A stretch of 64,000 nucleotides of DNA, from positions 1 through 64,000 of the forward strand of contig CDRNVI010000182.1 in NCBI GenBank assembly GCA_977017575.1, read 5' to 3'. The position numbers and the translations under genes were made by a program. The stretch comes from Paramoeba atlantica. Its lineage: Eukaryota; Protista; Discosea. Positions 1 through 14,726 of this stretch are shown here, piece by piece. How positions within the stretch are numbered: position 1 is the first letter of the stretch; the number at the start of each line of letters is the position of its first letter. The notes below the pieces were generated by a model, which made no database searches, was not told where the DNA came from, and saw nothing but the letters and a program-made list of their open reading frames with translations.

Positions 1-570
1 CCTAAACCCTAAACCCTAAACCCTAACCCTAAACCCTAAACCCTAAACCCTAAACCCTAAACCCTAAACCCTAAACCCTAAACCCTAAACCCTAAACCCT
101 AAACCCTAAACCCTAAACCCTAAACCCTAAACCCTAAACCCTAAACCCTAAACCCTAAACCCTAAACCCTAAACCCTAAACCCTAAACCCTAAACCCTAA
201 ACCCTAAACCCTAAACCCTAAACCCTAAACCCTAAACCCTAAACCCTAAACCCTAAACCCTAAACCCTAAACCCTAAACCCTAAACCCTAAACCCTAAAC
301 CCTAAACCCTAAACCCTAAACCCTAAACCCTAAACCCTAAACCCTAAACCCTAAACCCTAAACCCTAAACCCTAAACCCTAAACCCTAAACCCTAAACCC
401 TAAACCCTAAACCCTAAACCCTAAACCCTAAACCCTAAACCCTAAACCCTAAACCCTAAACCCTAAACCCTAAACCCTAAACCCTAAACCCTAAACCCTA
501 AACCCTAAACCCTAAACCCTAAACCCTAAACCCTAAACCCTAACCCTAAACCCTAAACCCTAAACCCTAA
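1..570 (+). repeat. Telomeric array (CCCTAAA)n, i.e. TTTAGGG on the G strand; ~81 units
   Basis: Continuous CCCTAAA from base 1, with two 6-nt CCCTAA variants (~21 and ~538). Confidence 0.98.
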
Positions 571-675
571 TAGTCTAGCCATGAAAGCTAATAACTATGG
601 GAGTAATCCCTTCAATAGTTATTTTTATCACTTCTGGGCTTTGACAACCAAAGATAACCATACTTTTGAGTAATT
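571..675 (+). other. 105-nt non-telomeric structured insert between two telomeric tracts
   Basis: Unique sequence absent from the second rDNA copy. Contains AATAACTAT-GGGA-GTAA-TCCC-TTCA-ATAGTTATT (long stem with GNRA loop) and CTTTG-ACAAC-CAAAG. Confidence 0.8.
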
Positions 676-695
676 TAAACCCTAAACCCTAACCC
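676..695 (+). repeat. Short internal telomeric seed at the 28S breakpoint
   Basis: TAAACCCTAAACCCTAACCC directly abutting 28S sequence; its final AACC matches 28S copy 2 at 58669-58672. Confidence 0.85.
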
Positions 696-1859
696 TTTTT
701 TTGGTTACTCTAATCAAACAGTCGACCGTAGCTTTTAAATCCTCGTAAAAACTTAATTTACAAGCTTACTAACCCAACCCTAAGAGCCAATCTTTATCCC
801 GAAGTTACAGATCTATTTTGCTGACTTCCCTTACCTGCATTATTCTAATATAACCAGAGGCTTTTCACCTTAGAGACCTGCGGCGGTTATGAGTACGACT
901 AAGTGAGAAAATGATTCTTTCCCTTCGAGTTTCAAGGATCTTTAAGAACGCACCGGACATTTTAAAAAATTAAAATGCTTTATTAGATTTTTAACCTGTT
1001 CTCTAGATAATCTAATTTCCAGGTCATTTAGCATTTTTCAGCCTTTTTGACAAATCTATTAAAAAGAAAAGAGAACTCTTTCCAGAGTTCTTACTGATGC
1101 ATATCGAAGTTCAGTTAACGTTACCATAAAAATATCCTCATCTTAGTATAGGAATATTAACCTATTTCCCTTTCGATAGAATTGGGGTTTTAAAATAATT
1201 TAACCGAAATCAAACTAAATCAAAAATGACCCACTTTAAAACAGAATTAACCTATCTCTTAGGATCGACTAACCCGTATCCAAATACTGTTCATACGGAA
1301 CCTTTCTCTGCTTCGACCTTCAAGGATCTCACTTGAATATTTGCTACTACAACCAAGATCTGCACTAAAGTTTATTTCACCCAAGCTCACACTCATAGGC
1401 TTCATAATAAACTTCACGCCCTCCTACTCTTCTTACTGTAAAATTGAAGTAATTTAGTAAGAAGGTTGAGTATAAGTAATACACTTAAGCGTCATCCATT
1501 TTCAGGGCTAGTTGATTCGGAAGGTGAGTTGTTACATACTCCTTAGCGGATTCTGACTTCCATGGCCACCGTCCTTCTGTCTATATCAACCAACACCTTT
1601 TCTGGTATCTATATGAGTGTATATTCTGACACTTTAACTCAACGTTCGGTTCATCCCACATCGCCAGTCCTGCTTACCAGGAATGGCCCACTAGGAGTTA
1701 GCCATTCAAAAAAAAAGTTCAATAAAAAAATATGTTTAAGCAACTCTAATTTCATGCCTATTTAAAGTTTGAGAATAGGTTGAGGAAGTTTCTTCCCCAG
1801 GACCTCTAATCATTCGCTTTACCAGACATAACTGTCTATTTTGTTAATATTTAACTCCT

Positions 1860-1909
<50 letters not shown>

Positions 1910-3102
1910 AGTCTTTCGCCTCTATAGGCAAGTTTGACGAGCGATTTGCACGTCAGCATCGCTTCGAGCTTCCATCAGAGTTTCCCCTGACTTCACTCTA
2001 CTCACCCATAGTTCACCATCTTTCGGGTCCCAACATATATGCTCTTACTCAAATCTTTCAAAATAAATTTATTCAGATCGGTCAATGGTGCCAAATGTAA
2101 GGTCGTAAAACCCAACATTTTCCCACTTAAAGCAAACCACAAAGGATTCACTCTTTACTTTCATTTTACATCCAAAAGTTTTAAAACACTTTCATACTCG
2201 CATATTTGTTAGACTCCTTGGTCCGTGTTTCAAGACAGGTCGGTTAAAACCATTTTGTTAATATCCTTTGATAAATCCTTTTCATATTCAATTAATAACT
2301 TTATTAAATATTTAGAAGGTTTCCTTTTAAATACCCAAATAAAATTACTAAAAACATAATCCAAATTTATCAAAAATTATTACCTTAATCAATTAAGTTT
2401 GAGACAACTCCAAAGTGATATTGATTAAAAGTTTAAATTCTTTTAACACCTCTCACAGAATGCATTTCAAACATTAAAATTAATTAATATTAACCTATTT
2501 AGCAGATTTGAGTACATTTTTTATTATCTTGAATCCAGATCATGACTTCAATCATAAAGATCAATAGTAAACATGACCCATCATCTTAATAATCAAAATG
2601 GAACAAATCACCAAATACTTTTATAATTAAATATAAAATTATAGACTGGTTTTAAACGGTTCTCTTTTAACAATTTCAAGTACTTTTCACTCTCTTTTCA
2701 AAGTTTTTTTCTTCTTTCGTTCACACTACTTGTTCGCTATCGGTTTCTCGTCCATATTTAGCGTTACGTGAGATTTACCACGCATTTTAGGCTGCAATCT
2801 CAAACAACCCGACTCTAAGAAACAATAATACGTAAATGACATTAAAAGCTTAAAGAAATTAGATTAAACGGGACTGTCACCCTCTATGGTGGGCTATTCC
2901 AAGCCACTTTAATTTCTGCAAATGTCCGTAAAATATTGCTTCCCAAAATTACAATTCGGAAAGGATATTTAAACCTTTCAGATTTCAAATTTGCGCTGAT
3001 CCCGGTTCACTCGCCGTTACTAAGGGAATCCTAGTTAGTTTCTTTTCCTCCGCTTATTAATATGCTTAAATTCAGTAGGTAATCTTATTTAATTTGAGAT
3101 CA
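692..3102 (-). rRNA. 28S (LSU) rRNA copy 1, 3'-truncated by telomere addition; probably non-functional
   Basis: Conserved LSU motifs; colinear with 58669-61075; lacks the whole 3' portion; several substitutions at conserved positions. Confidence 0.95.
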
Positions 3103-3421
3103 TCAATCAAAAAAGAAAGAATGATCTAAAAAAGGAGAATAAAAATTGAATTTTGAAATAAAATTACATTCAATTTTGAAAAAAAGAAAAATAATAAATA
3201 AAGATATTTATTATTTTTTACTATTTTTTCAAAAAAAAAAATAGAATTGAATTTGAAATTCGATTAATTTTTTCTTTTATTTAGTATCTTTTTACTTTTT
3301 CAAGATTTAGTATTATTTTTAAGAAAGTATTTCATTTTCAATAAATAGAAAATAGAAAATAGTTTCTCAATAGAATCTCTTTTTTATAAAAAATAAATTT
3401 TAAAAAAGATAAAGAATAAAA

Positions 3422-3577
3422 TGATACTCAAATAAATATACTCTTAGGATGAAACCTAAAAGTGCAATATGCGTTCAAAAATTCGATGATTCACTGAGTT
3501 CTGCAATTCACATTACGTATCGCATTTTGCTGCGTTCTTCATCGTTACGAGAACCAAGATATCCATTGTTAAAAGTT
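3422..3577 (-). rRNA. 5.8S rRNA copy 1 (ITS2 ~3103-3421, ITS1 ~3578-3789)
   Basis: Antisense motifs TTCGATGATTCAC, TATCGCATTTTGCTGCGTTCTTCATCG. Confidence 0.95.
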
Positions 3578-3789
3578 GTTTTTTTATTTTTGTTTTGTTT
3601 TATTTTATTTTCATTTTAATTTTTATCAAATGAATGAATTTTGAACATTTTTTGATACAAATAAAAATATCAAAAAAAAAGTTTAAATAACAATAAAAAA
3701 CATGTTAAAATACATTTTAAAAAGTTTAAACACATTTTCACTTTTTCAAAATAAGTTATTGAAAAGAAAAAGAAGATTAATAGAAATAT

Positions 3790-3949
3790 TAATGATCCAT
3801 CCGCAGGTTCACCTACGGATACCTTATTACGACTTTTGCTTCTTTTAGTTGGCAAGGTTTACTCAAATTCTCAAAAACAAACTTATTAACCGAAATCAAT
3901 AAGTAACTGTTTCTAATCCTAAGATTTCACCGGACCAACCATCAGTAGC

Positions 3950-3984
<35 letters not shown>

Positions 3985-4548
3985 ATCAGCACAAGCTGTT
4001 GACTTGTGCTTACTAGGAATTCCTCGTTCACGATAAATAATTGCAAGTATCGATCCCCAGCACGATACAATTTCAAAAGTTTACCCAAAATGCCAATCTC
4101 GTAAAAGATTAGCGTGACTTTTCAGCCAAGGCCTTTTGTACTTATTGATTGTATCAGTGTAGCGCGCGTGCAGCCCAGAACATCTAAAGGGCATCACAGA
4201 CCTGTTATTGCCTCAAACTTCCCTTGGTTAAACACCAAGTGTCCCTTTAAGAAGTTTAAAAGAATAAATCTTTTTTAATATCAATAAAAACGAGTTTTCT
4301 TAATAAAAAGAAATTAAGCGTTAACAAAACCCACATTTAACTAAAAACCCTCATAAATGTAATTATTAATACAACTAATTAGTAGGCTGAGGTCTCGTTC
4401 GTTATCGGAATTAACCAGACAAATCACTCCACCAACTAAGAACGGCCATGCACCACCACCCACAGAATCAAAAAAGAGCTCTCAATCTGTCAATCCTAAC
4501 TGTGTCTGGACCTGGTAAGTTTTCCCGTGTTGAGTCAAATTAAGCCGC

Positions 4549-4617
<69 letters not shown>

Positions 4618-5899
4618 AGAACCCAAAAACTTACTGATTTCTCGTAAAAAGGTACTGGGAGAGTCATCTTTATTCAAAATAAAACGTCTTCCAACCCCTG
4701 GTCAGCATCGTTTATGGTTAAGACTACGACGGTATCTGATTGTCTTCGATCTCCTAACTTTCGTTCTTGATTAATGAAAACATCTTTGACAAATGCTTTC
4801 GCAGAAGTTAGTCTTTCATAAATCCAAGAATTTCACCTCTGACAATTAAATACTAATGCCCCCAACTATCCCTTTTAATCATTACATTAGTTCTAAAAAA
4901 CCAATAAAATAGATCCAATGTCTTGTTCCATTATCCCATGCTAATAGTATTCATTGCAATTTTTTATAATTTTGCTTGCTTTGAACACTCTAATTTACTC
5001 AAAGTAAATGAATTAGAATTCTATTTATTAGTTTTATTAATAAGCAGAACACAAACTCCAAAGAGAATTCATATCCACAATCTTACTAATAAAGGTCCAA
5101 TAAACACTGACTTCCTCGAAAGAAAACCAAATTATCACCCAATTAAGTGCAATAATGAATATCTAATAAAATATTTAGAGAATATAATTTAATAAAACAC
5201 ATATGAAAAACCATATGGATTAAATTATAAAACTCTCAAATCTAACTACAAGCTTTTTAACTGCAACAACTTTAATATATGCTATTGGAGCTGGAATTAC
5301 CGCGGCTGCTGGCACCAGACTTGCCCTCCAATTGTTACTCGTTAAGGGGTTTAGATTGTACTCATTCCAATTACCAAATCAAAATAATGAATCGGTATTG
5401 TTATTTTTTGTCACTACCTCCCCGTGTCGGGATTGGGTAATTTGCGCGCCTGCTGCCTTCCTTGAAAGTAGTAGCCGTTTCTCAGGCTCCTTCTCCGGAA
5501 TCAAACCCTGATTCTCCATTACCCGTTACCACCATGGTAGTCCTCTATACTACCATCAAAAGTTGATAGGGCAGAAATTTGAATGAACTATCGTCAGCAC
5601 AAAAGGCCATACGATTCGTAAAGTTATCATGATTCACCATATGTTAACCAGCTCCGAAGAACTGCATTGGTTTTTGTATCTAATAAATACATCTCTTCTC
5701 TCAAAGGAGTTAGGATTTTATGCATGTATTAGCTCTAGATTTACCACGGTTATCCAAGTAGTAAAATAAAGGACCATCAAATAAATTATAACTGATTTAA
5801 TGAGCCATTCGCAGTTTCACAGTACAAGTGTTTATACTTAGACATGCATGGCTTAGTCTTTAAAACAAGCATATGACTACTGGCAGGATCAACCAGATA
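3790..5899 (-). rRNA. 18S rRNA copy 1 (~2.1 kb, AT-rich expansions)
   Basis: Starts TATCTGGTTGATCCTGCCAG and ends GGATCATTA; universal SSU motifs present. Confidence 0.97.
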
Positions 5900-8162
5900 A
5901 CTATTTTTTTTTCCAAAAAAAAAGACTATTTTTCTCTTTTCCAATTTAAAGAAATGGGAAAGAAAAAAAACATCTTCGAAAAGAATTCAAAGTATTTAAT
6001 CAATTTTTTATTTCAAAAAAATAAGTTTTTTGTTTTTCGTTAGAATTCAATTTTCCAACAAAGAAATCCTCTTTGCAATTTCTCATTGAACCTCTTCATG
6101 AAATAGTTTGAAAACAAATATATTCTGTTTCCAAGTTTTCAAAAGAGAGAGAAATAAACTGAAAGAAAAAGATAATTCTTTTTATTATTTTTTTATTTCC
6201 AGAAAAGGAAAAGAAAAAAAAGAAAAGAAGAAAAATAATTTTCTTATTCAGAAATTGAAGTTGGTTGTTTTTTCTGTTTTGTTGATCAACAAAAAAATCA
6301 CCTTCCATAAATTCAATTTTGTTTTGTTTCAAAATTTGAAACAGACAAAATAAAAAATAACTCCCACATTTTTTTGAAATTTTATTGTCTGAAGTTACAA
6401 AAAATCCAAGCAAAAAATGTCACAAAAATGTTTGAGATATTTTTCAATGAAAAGAGATCCAAACAGAACTGAGATTGACCTTTTAAACTCGATTCAAATC
6501 TGTTTTTACTCTCTTTTCTTAATATAGACATTACAAAAAGTCACGATTGAATAGCACTATGTTTTTTTTCCATTTACAATAAGAGAGAGCATCTATGAGG
6601 TATGTAACCCCTCTGAGCCGAAAGAGCAGTTTTTTTGACCCAGAAAAGTTAATTTTGGAGTTCTAAAAAAGTGGACCAATCAAATAATGCTACGTCATTT
6701 CTTTACTTACCCATTTTTCCCCCCAAAAAGTCTTATTTTATTCTTCTTTGTTCTTTCCTTTGAACAACCCTTTTTTTGTTCTTTCACCTCTCAACTCATG
6801 AGTTTGCTTTTCCCTTTTCCTTTCTCTTTGTATCAAAAAAGAATTTCCACAAAAAGTTCAAAGGAAATCACAAACCCCCACACACCACACCACACTGCAC
6901 ACACCACCACACACACTCTCTGAAAAACAAAAAAAAAAAAAATTAGCAATGAAATCAAGAATTTAATTTGAAAAGGAGAACAAAACACTTTTTTATTTAT
7001 TCAACATAACAAGTGAGCTTTGTGAAATTTGTTTTTGTGTGGTGTGGTGGGGCCAAGAGGGGGGGGGGGGGTAGTAGAGAAACACTCTTTTATCCACACT
7101 CACCCACCCACAACAACATCAAATTGAGGGTGGGTCCATCATTTTAAGAAAAAGAAAGGAAGAAAAAAGAAAGGAAGAAAAAAGATGAAAGAAAGAAAAA
7201 GGAAAAAAAAAAGAAGAGGAAACAAAAAAAGTTTCATCTGGCAACACAAAAGAGAGAACAAAGCAGCTGTGTGTATTGTGTGTTATATATGTAATCTGTA
7301 TATCTCCACGTAACTCATCACTCCTTTGAAAAATGTTCCAAAGAGGCTGCAACATTTGTTTCTGTGAACAAATATGAAAGCCTTTTTAGTTTTTTTTCAA
7401 TATATCCATTGCAAATTTACCACCCCCCCCCACCCAAAACCAAAATAGACCTTGCCCCTCTCCTATTTTATTCCATTCCTACCTTGTCAACACAACCCCA
7501 CCCCCCCACCAATATTTAACCACCCCCACAATTATCCATATTATCCAACAGGGTTGACCCATCCAAAGAAAAACAGAAGAAAAAAAGAAGAAAAAAAGAA
7601 AAAAGAAAAGAAAAGAAAAGCAAAAAAAGAAAAAAGAAAAGAAAAAAACTTTTAAAAGAGTAAATCAACAAGAAGGTAGTTTGACTTAATTAGGTTTTAA
7701 AAAAAGAAAGAAAAGAAAAGAAAAAAGAAAAGAAAAGAAAAAAAAGAAAAGAAAAAAAAAAGAGAAAAAACCTTTGAAAGAGCAAATTGACAAGAAGTGG
7801 TTCAACTCAAACCAAGTTTAAAAAGAGAAAGAAAAAAGAGAGAAGAGAAAAAGAGAGAGAAAAAGAGAGAAAAAGAAAAACACAAAGAGCAAAAGAAGGT
7901 AGCCCCACATTAGGTTAAAAAAGGAAAAGAAAAGGAAAAAGAAAAAGGAAAAAGAAAGGAAAAAAAGAGAGAGAAAGAGAGAAAAACCTTTGAGCAACAA
8001 AGAAGCAGTTCAGTTCAGACCAAGTTTAAAAAAATCAAAAAAAGAGAAAAAGAGAGAGAAAAAGAAGAGAGAAAAAACCTTAAAAAAAGAAAAAGAAGAG
8101 AAAAAACCTTTGGAAAGAAAAAAAGAAAAAAAGAAAAAAAGAAAAAAAAAAAAAAAAAAAAT

Positions 8163-8235
8163 AGCCCCCGGCGGGGCTTGAACCCGCGGCCACTAGATTA
8201 AGAGTCTAGCGCTCTACCGACTGAGCTACGGAGGC
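8163..8235 (-). tRNA. tRNA-Lys(CTT), apparently intact
   Basis: GCCTCCGTAGCTCAGTCGGTAGAGCGCTAGACTCTTAATCTAGTGGCCGCGGGTTCAAGCCCCGCCGGGGGC; cloverleaf pairs; oligo-T terminator follows. Confidence 0.93.
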
Positions 8236-9589
8236 AATTTGGTAAAAATCGAAAAAAAAAATGGGTTTAAAAAGGATTGGGGGAGATTCAACCTCCCTCC
8301 CCTTCCTTCAAGTCGCCAACCAAATTGAAAAACAATTGTGGAAATTATGTATTTTAGCAATATGTCCCTCACCCACCCCCCCAACAAAATTGGTGCTACT
8401 GTGGCTAGTTTCCCCATCACAAAGTATTTATGGAGGTGGTGTGCGAGTCAAAACCCAATCTTCATGTCCATTCTGGAAAATTCCCAAAGAAGCTGCAACA
8501 TTTGTTTATGTGAACAAATATTATAACCTTTTTAGTCTTTTAAACCTCAACAAAACAGTGTGTTCTTCCTTTCTAAAAACTTGAACAAAGACCCCCCCCT
8601 CCAAAAAAAAAACAAGGTGCACCACCACAGAAAAAAGGTACATAATTCCCACAAAAACACCTACATTCACCATTTTATCGAACGAAAAACCCAAACCATC
8701 CCCACAAAGCAAACCTCATTTATATTAACAAAAAACAGAAAGAGAAAAACCACAGTGTGTCTGTGGAAACTTTTGGTTCTTAAAAAAAAAAACAAGAGAA
8801 ACCAAAAAATCAAAAGAAAAATCAAAAGAAAAATCAAAAGAAAAACCTGCACATCAATTAAAACCCTTTTCTAAAAAAACGCCAACCCCACAAAAAACCA
8901 CACCCCATACACAAGACCAACACCAACATCAAAAAAAATATAGAACAGAGTAAAAAAAAAAAGAAAAAGAAAAAAAAAAGGGAGAAAGAAAAAAAAAGAA
9001 AAGAAAAGAAAAAAAGAACAAAAAAAAAAAAGAAAAAGGACGAAACGAAAGAAAGACGAAAAAAAAAAAAGAAAACCTTCTTGTCATTTTTGATTGATTG
9101 TTTGGTTCAAACAAACAATAAACCTTGAAAAAGGTGTGTACACAAGACAACACACAACCAACTTACACACACAACCAATGCACAACCAATGCACAACCAA
9201 TACACAAAAACACTGATGTACCAACTACCAACAAAGTGACCAAAAACAATTAACAATAATAATATTTAACTCCAACAAAACCAAACAAACCAGACAAACC
9301 AAACAAACAAAACACTGATTAAATACACACACATCACCCCTCCAAACAAAAAACAGAAGACAAATTAACCAACTAAAAAAATATTATTACAACAAAACAG
9401 AAATATAAATATTACAAAAGAACAAAAAGAACCAACCAACCATTATATGTGGCTGGCTCCCTCCAAAAATCCCCAACCCACATCTTTGTCTTGATGATTC
9501 CACACACTCTCTCTTTTTTTGTGTTTTTCTGTGAAAAATTGGTTAAAATTATGAACACAACATAACCACAACACACACAAAAAAAAATC

Positions 9590-10150
9590 AACAACAACAA
9601 TAATAATTACAATCACAAATATCAACAACAAATAACAAATAATAACAAATAATAACAAATAACAACAAATAACAACAAATAACAACAACAAGGACAACAA
9701 GAATAACAATACGAATAACAAATAACAATAAAAACAAAATAGCAACAATAATAACAACAATAATAACAACAATACAACAACAAGAACAACAAGAACAACA
9801 ACCAAGAACAACAACAACAACAACAAGAACAACAACAAGAACAATACAAATAACAAATAACAACAAATAACAACAAATAACAACAAATAACAACAAATAA
9901 CAACAAATAACAATACGAATAACAAATAACAATAACAACAAATAACAACAAGAATAACAACAAGAATAACAACAAGAACAACAACAAGAATAACAACAAT
10001 AATAACAACAAGAACAGAACAACAAGAAGAACAACAACAAGAAGAACAACAAGAACAGAACAACAAGAATAACAACAACAAGAATAACAACAAGAACAGA
10101 ACAACAAGAATAACAAGAATACCAATAACAAATAACAACAAATAACAACA
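9590..10150. repeat. AAC/ATAACAACAA-type microsatellite
   Basis: Degenerate (AAC)n and ATAACAACAA repeats. Confidence 0.85.
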
Positions 10151-12983
10151 CAATCAAAATATCATCACCACCACAACAGCAATACCATTAACACAAACAA
10201 AAACAAGCACAAAATAAAAGAAGGAAAAAAGAGAAAAACCTGGTGGTGGCACAATAGTCAGGATTGTTGGGAACAGAGTAATATAAAAAAAGGCCTGTGG
10301 AGGAGTCTTATAACAAAGAAACAAAGATGTCCCCATTCTATTATTAACAATTTAACAATTAACAATGATAATAAAAGCAATAACAATCAAATAACAACAA
10401 CAATCATAACAATACAATAATAACAATAATGATTATAAAAAATAGTAACAACAACATAACAATTGCAATCACAATCACAAACCAATAATCATAATAACAA
10501 CAATAACAACAAACAACAACAAACAATAAACAACAAACAACAAGAAAAACAATAAATAATCATAAACAACAGCAACAATAACTATAACTTAACTACAATC
10601 ACAACAATCACAATCACAACAAACAAAACAAAAGTAACACTAAAATGACACAACAACAACAAACAAAACGACAAACAAACCAACAAACCAACAACAAACC
10701 AACAATAAACCAACAACAAACCAACAACAAACCAACAACAAACCAACACAATAGAATAATCACATCATCATACTTAAAAAGATAAACAAATCCACACAAT
10801 CAAAATAACTAACAAACCAAACACTGAAACACTGAAACAACAAAACACAAAATAAAGGGAAACCTGTGCCACTCATATTTTCAAAAAGGGTTATAATTGG
10901 AAGGAGGTCTTTGTAACAAAGGAAACAAAAAAGATGTCCTTGCACTAGTTAAGAGAAGGGGGAGGAGGAAGAATCAGATTTTAGTATCAGAGAATTTTAA
11001 TTAATTAAATACAAATAACTAATCCAAAAACAAAAACACTCTTCCAATAATAACAGACAAACCAAACCAAACCAAACCAAACCAAACCAATCACCACAAA
11101 AAAGAAAAGAACAAAAACAAAACCAAAAATACCAAAAGCAAAAAATAAAACAAATAATAAAAAAACAAGTTCAACAAGAACAAATTAACAAGAACACAAA
11201 ACCTTCTTTTAAAATGACATTAATCATTTACAACGATTTCGTATTCCCCTCAATGGACAGACACTTCTTTCAATTAATACACCAATCTCGATGATCTAAA
11301 TTCTTTTCATTCTTTTTGTCTGTTTTCTTCTTGATGAACTTTTGGAGCGGAATCTGGGGATTCGTGTCTTTTTTTCGATTTGAGAATTTGGCTTTGAGAG
11401 ACAACAAACTATTTTTTGTACAAATTAATAAATTTTTCACACACCCCCCTTCCTTCCTTCCTTCCCTTCCTCTTCTCAAAAAACAAAACAAAACAAAAAC
11501 ACAAAAACAACATTAACACACACACACACCCCATTTTTAAAACACAAAGAGACAAATACAAAAAAAGTAAACAACAAAACACACCAAACACAGACAGAAA
11601 AAATAATCCATGCAAAAAAGTAACCTTCTCAGTGTGTTGCAAAAAAATCTTATTGTGTGTTGTGTGTTGTGTGTTGTGTGTAGTATAACGATACACACAG
11701 GGTCCGATACGTGGTATACCTTTTGTCGAGAAAGTCACATTTTTTTCGAGAAAGAAGACATTTGATTTCATTATGATGGGACATACCACTTAAAGAAGAG
11801 GAGAGAGATCCGATCCAATATCACTGCCACCAATCCAAGAAACAAATATTTCAAGAGACAAAGAAGGTGTCAAGGAACCCTCCAAAAGAAGAAAGCTAAA
11901 AAGAAAGAGCTTTTACTCCTCGAAAAAATGATAAGAAACAGAGGAATAAGGCGCAGCAGCGAGAGTGGGAAGAGAGAAGAGAGAGAAGGGAGGAGAGAGG
12001 GTCTAATCACACACACCAACAACACCAAACATGGATTTTTTGGGAAAGGAGAGAGAGAGAGAGAGAGCAGAAACATATAATCAGTGGTAAAGTTCTTTGT
12101 GAATAACCAACATTTTCAAAAGAGAAGTATCCACCAAACATTACACCATCATCACCAAAACACGCTCGAAGAAAGGCCTCTCCTCAGAACACACACACAC
12201 AAGCTCATCGTCTCAAGAGGGCTAAAAAGAGAAGAAAAGAGATCATCCACCACAAACATCACTCTCTCTATTGGGTGTCTCTCTGGTGATCTTCTCTCCC
12301 CCTTTTCACCCACTGTCCCTCTACTTTCGATTGTTGTGTTCCCGAATATTTGCTCTTTTATGTGGGTGAAACAAAACACCACCCTTTCCCCCCCACTTTT
12401 ATGTTTTGTTCCTTTGAAAACTGTGTGAAGGAAAGGGAAGAGAGAAAAGAAAGAAGGGAAAGAAAGAGAGAGAGAAAGGGGGAAAAAATGGTCAGGAGTG
12501 TGAGAGAAGAGAAGTGTGTTTGAGAAAAAAAAAAAGGAGAGGAAGAGAGTACACAAACCACCTCTTTTCGCATTCTTTGCTTTTCATCTCCCTTCATCAA
12601 AGAGAGAGAGAGGTTCTTTTTCCCTTCTCCTCTCTCCTCTGTGTGTTAAAAGATGAGGTGAGAGAGAGAGAAGGGGGCAGAGGGGGTGTGAGGAGAAGAA
12701 CAAACTCTCACACAACACAAAAAACACAAAACACATCCCACCACAAAACTGCGCAATGGTGGTTGGTGAGATTGGCAAAACAAACAAAACAAGTAACACA
12801 CAAAACAAAAACAAACAAAAACAAACAGAAAGAAGAGAGCGCTCTCTTCTCTTCTCTTCTCTCGCTCACCACAAAAAAACAACAAAACGAAAAAAAAAAA
12901 AAAGAACGAGATTTTTTTTTGGAGATCTAAATTAAAGGGGGGGGATAGATTCTATTTTTTCCTTTATTTGTAAACTCACCAGT

Positions 12984-13004
12984 TTCGCTGAACGTTTCAC
13001 TGAA
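12984..13004 (+). promoter_or_regulatory. Alternating TTC-nnn-GAA array ~100 bp upstream of polyubiquitin (HSE-like, non-canonical spacing)
   Basis: TTCgctGAAcgtTTCactGAA. Confidence 0.3.
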
Positions 13005-13085
13005 TTTTTTGGGTTTGTTTTTTGGCGGCGTTTTTTGTTGTTATTTTTTCAAAAACCTTTTTCAACCCAACACAACCAACAATAA

Positions 13086-13796
<711 letters not shown>

Positions 13797-14417
13797 AAAA
13801 AGCTTATATAAAAAAATATAAATTGAAATTTTAACAAAAATCTTCTTTCTTTTTGAGACATTCACTCCACCAAAGAGTCATTTTTCTTTTCATAATTTTT
13901 TTTTTCTTTTTCTGGAATGGCAGTGGAAGAATGACACCCACACAACACACTACTTTTCTTTATTCAGTGGTGTGTGGTTGGGGGGTGAAAGATACTTTTT
14001 TTCTTCTTCTTCTTCCCCACAATCAGTGTATGTGTGTTGAACATTGGGATTTTAAGAAGGACCCACACATATAATTAAGAAAAAGATCTTGGGAGGAAGG
14101 TGGTGTTTTATTGAGATGACAATATTAATATAAAACCACAGACCAATATGTTGGACCCAAAAAACCCTGAAAAACAGTGCCAGAAAAAGAAGAACAACAA
14201 GAAAGAAAAAAAGAAAGAAAAAAAGAAAGAAAAAAAGAAAAAAAAACCAATGATGAACAATTTTTTTCGAATCCAAGAGCACCAAAGATATTTTGTTTCA
14301 AAAAAAAAAACGTGAGTATTTCTTTTAACACCAAAACAACACACATACAACACACACAACACACAACACCCCAATCCCCCCGACTGACTGGTGGATCTTC
14401 TTTTTTTTTGTTCATTC

Positions 14418-14472
14418 TTTTCATTCTCTCTGGGGTACTAATTCGAAAAATCAGACCCAGAGAGTATGAAAA
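14418..14472. repeat. ~55-bp hairpin dispersed element (other copies ~21507-21554, 40320-40372, 43465-43520)
   Basis: TTTTCAT(A/T)CTCTCTGGG...CCCAGAGAGTATGAAAA arms around a related ~20-nt spacer. Confidence 0.75.
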
Positions 14473-14726
14473 CTATCAGGAAATAATCCTCTTTTGTGTT
14501 GTTTGGTCTCTCCTCTCTTTGCCCTCCTTATCCAACTTTGATTGTGTGGCAACTTCTCTCTTTTTCGTTTGTGATTTTTCGAATCTTTTGAACAAAAAAA
14601 AACTGAAAAAAAAAAAGAAAACAAAAAGGAAAAAAAAAAAGAAAAAAAAAAGAGAAAAAAGAGAAAAAAAGAGAAAAAAAGAAAGAAAAAAAGAGAAAAA
14701 AAGAAAGAGAAAAAAAAGAAAAGAAA

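Noticed and set aside
1562-5192. ORFs inside rDNA (1562-1765, 4923-5192 and copies at 59537, 62888)
   Set aside because: Antisense to conserved rRNA; their conservation is explained by the rRNA.
6400-6700. Pol I promoter of rDNA copy 1
   Set aside because: The position is plausible, but the matching region of copy 2 lies outside the window and there is no diagnostic motif.
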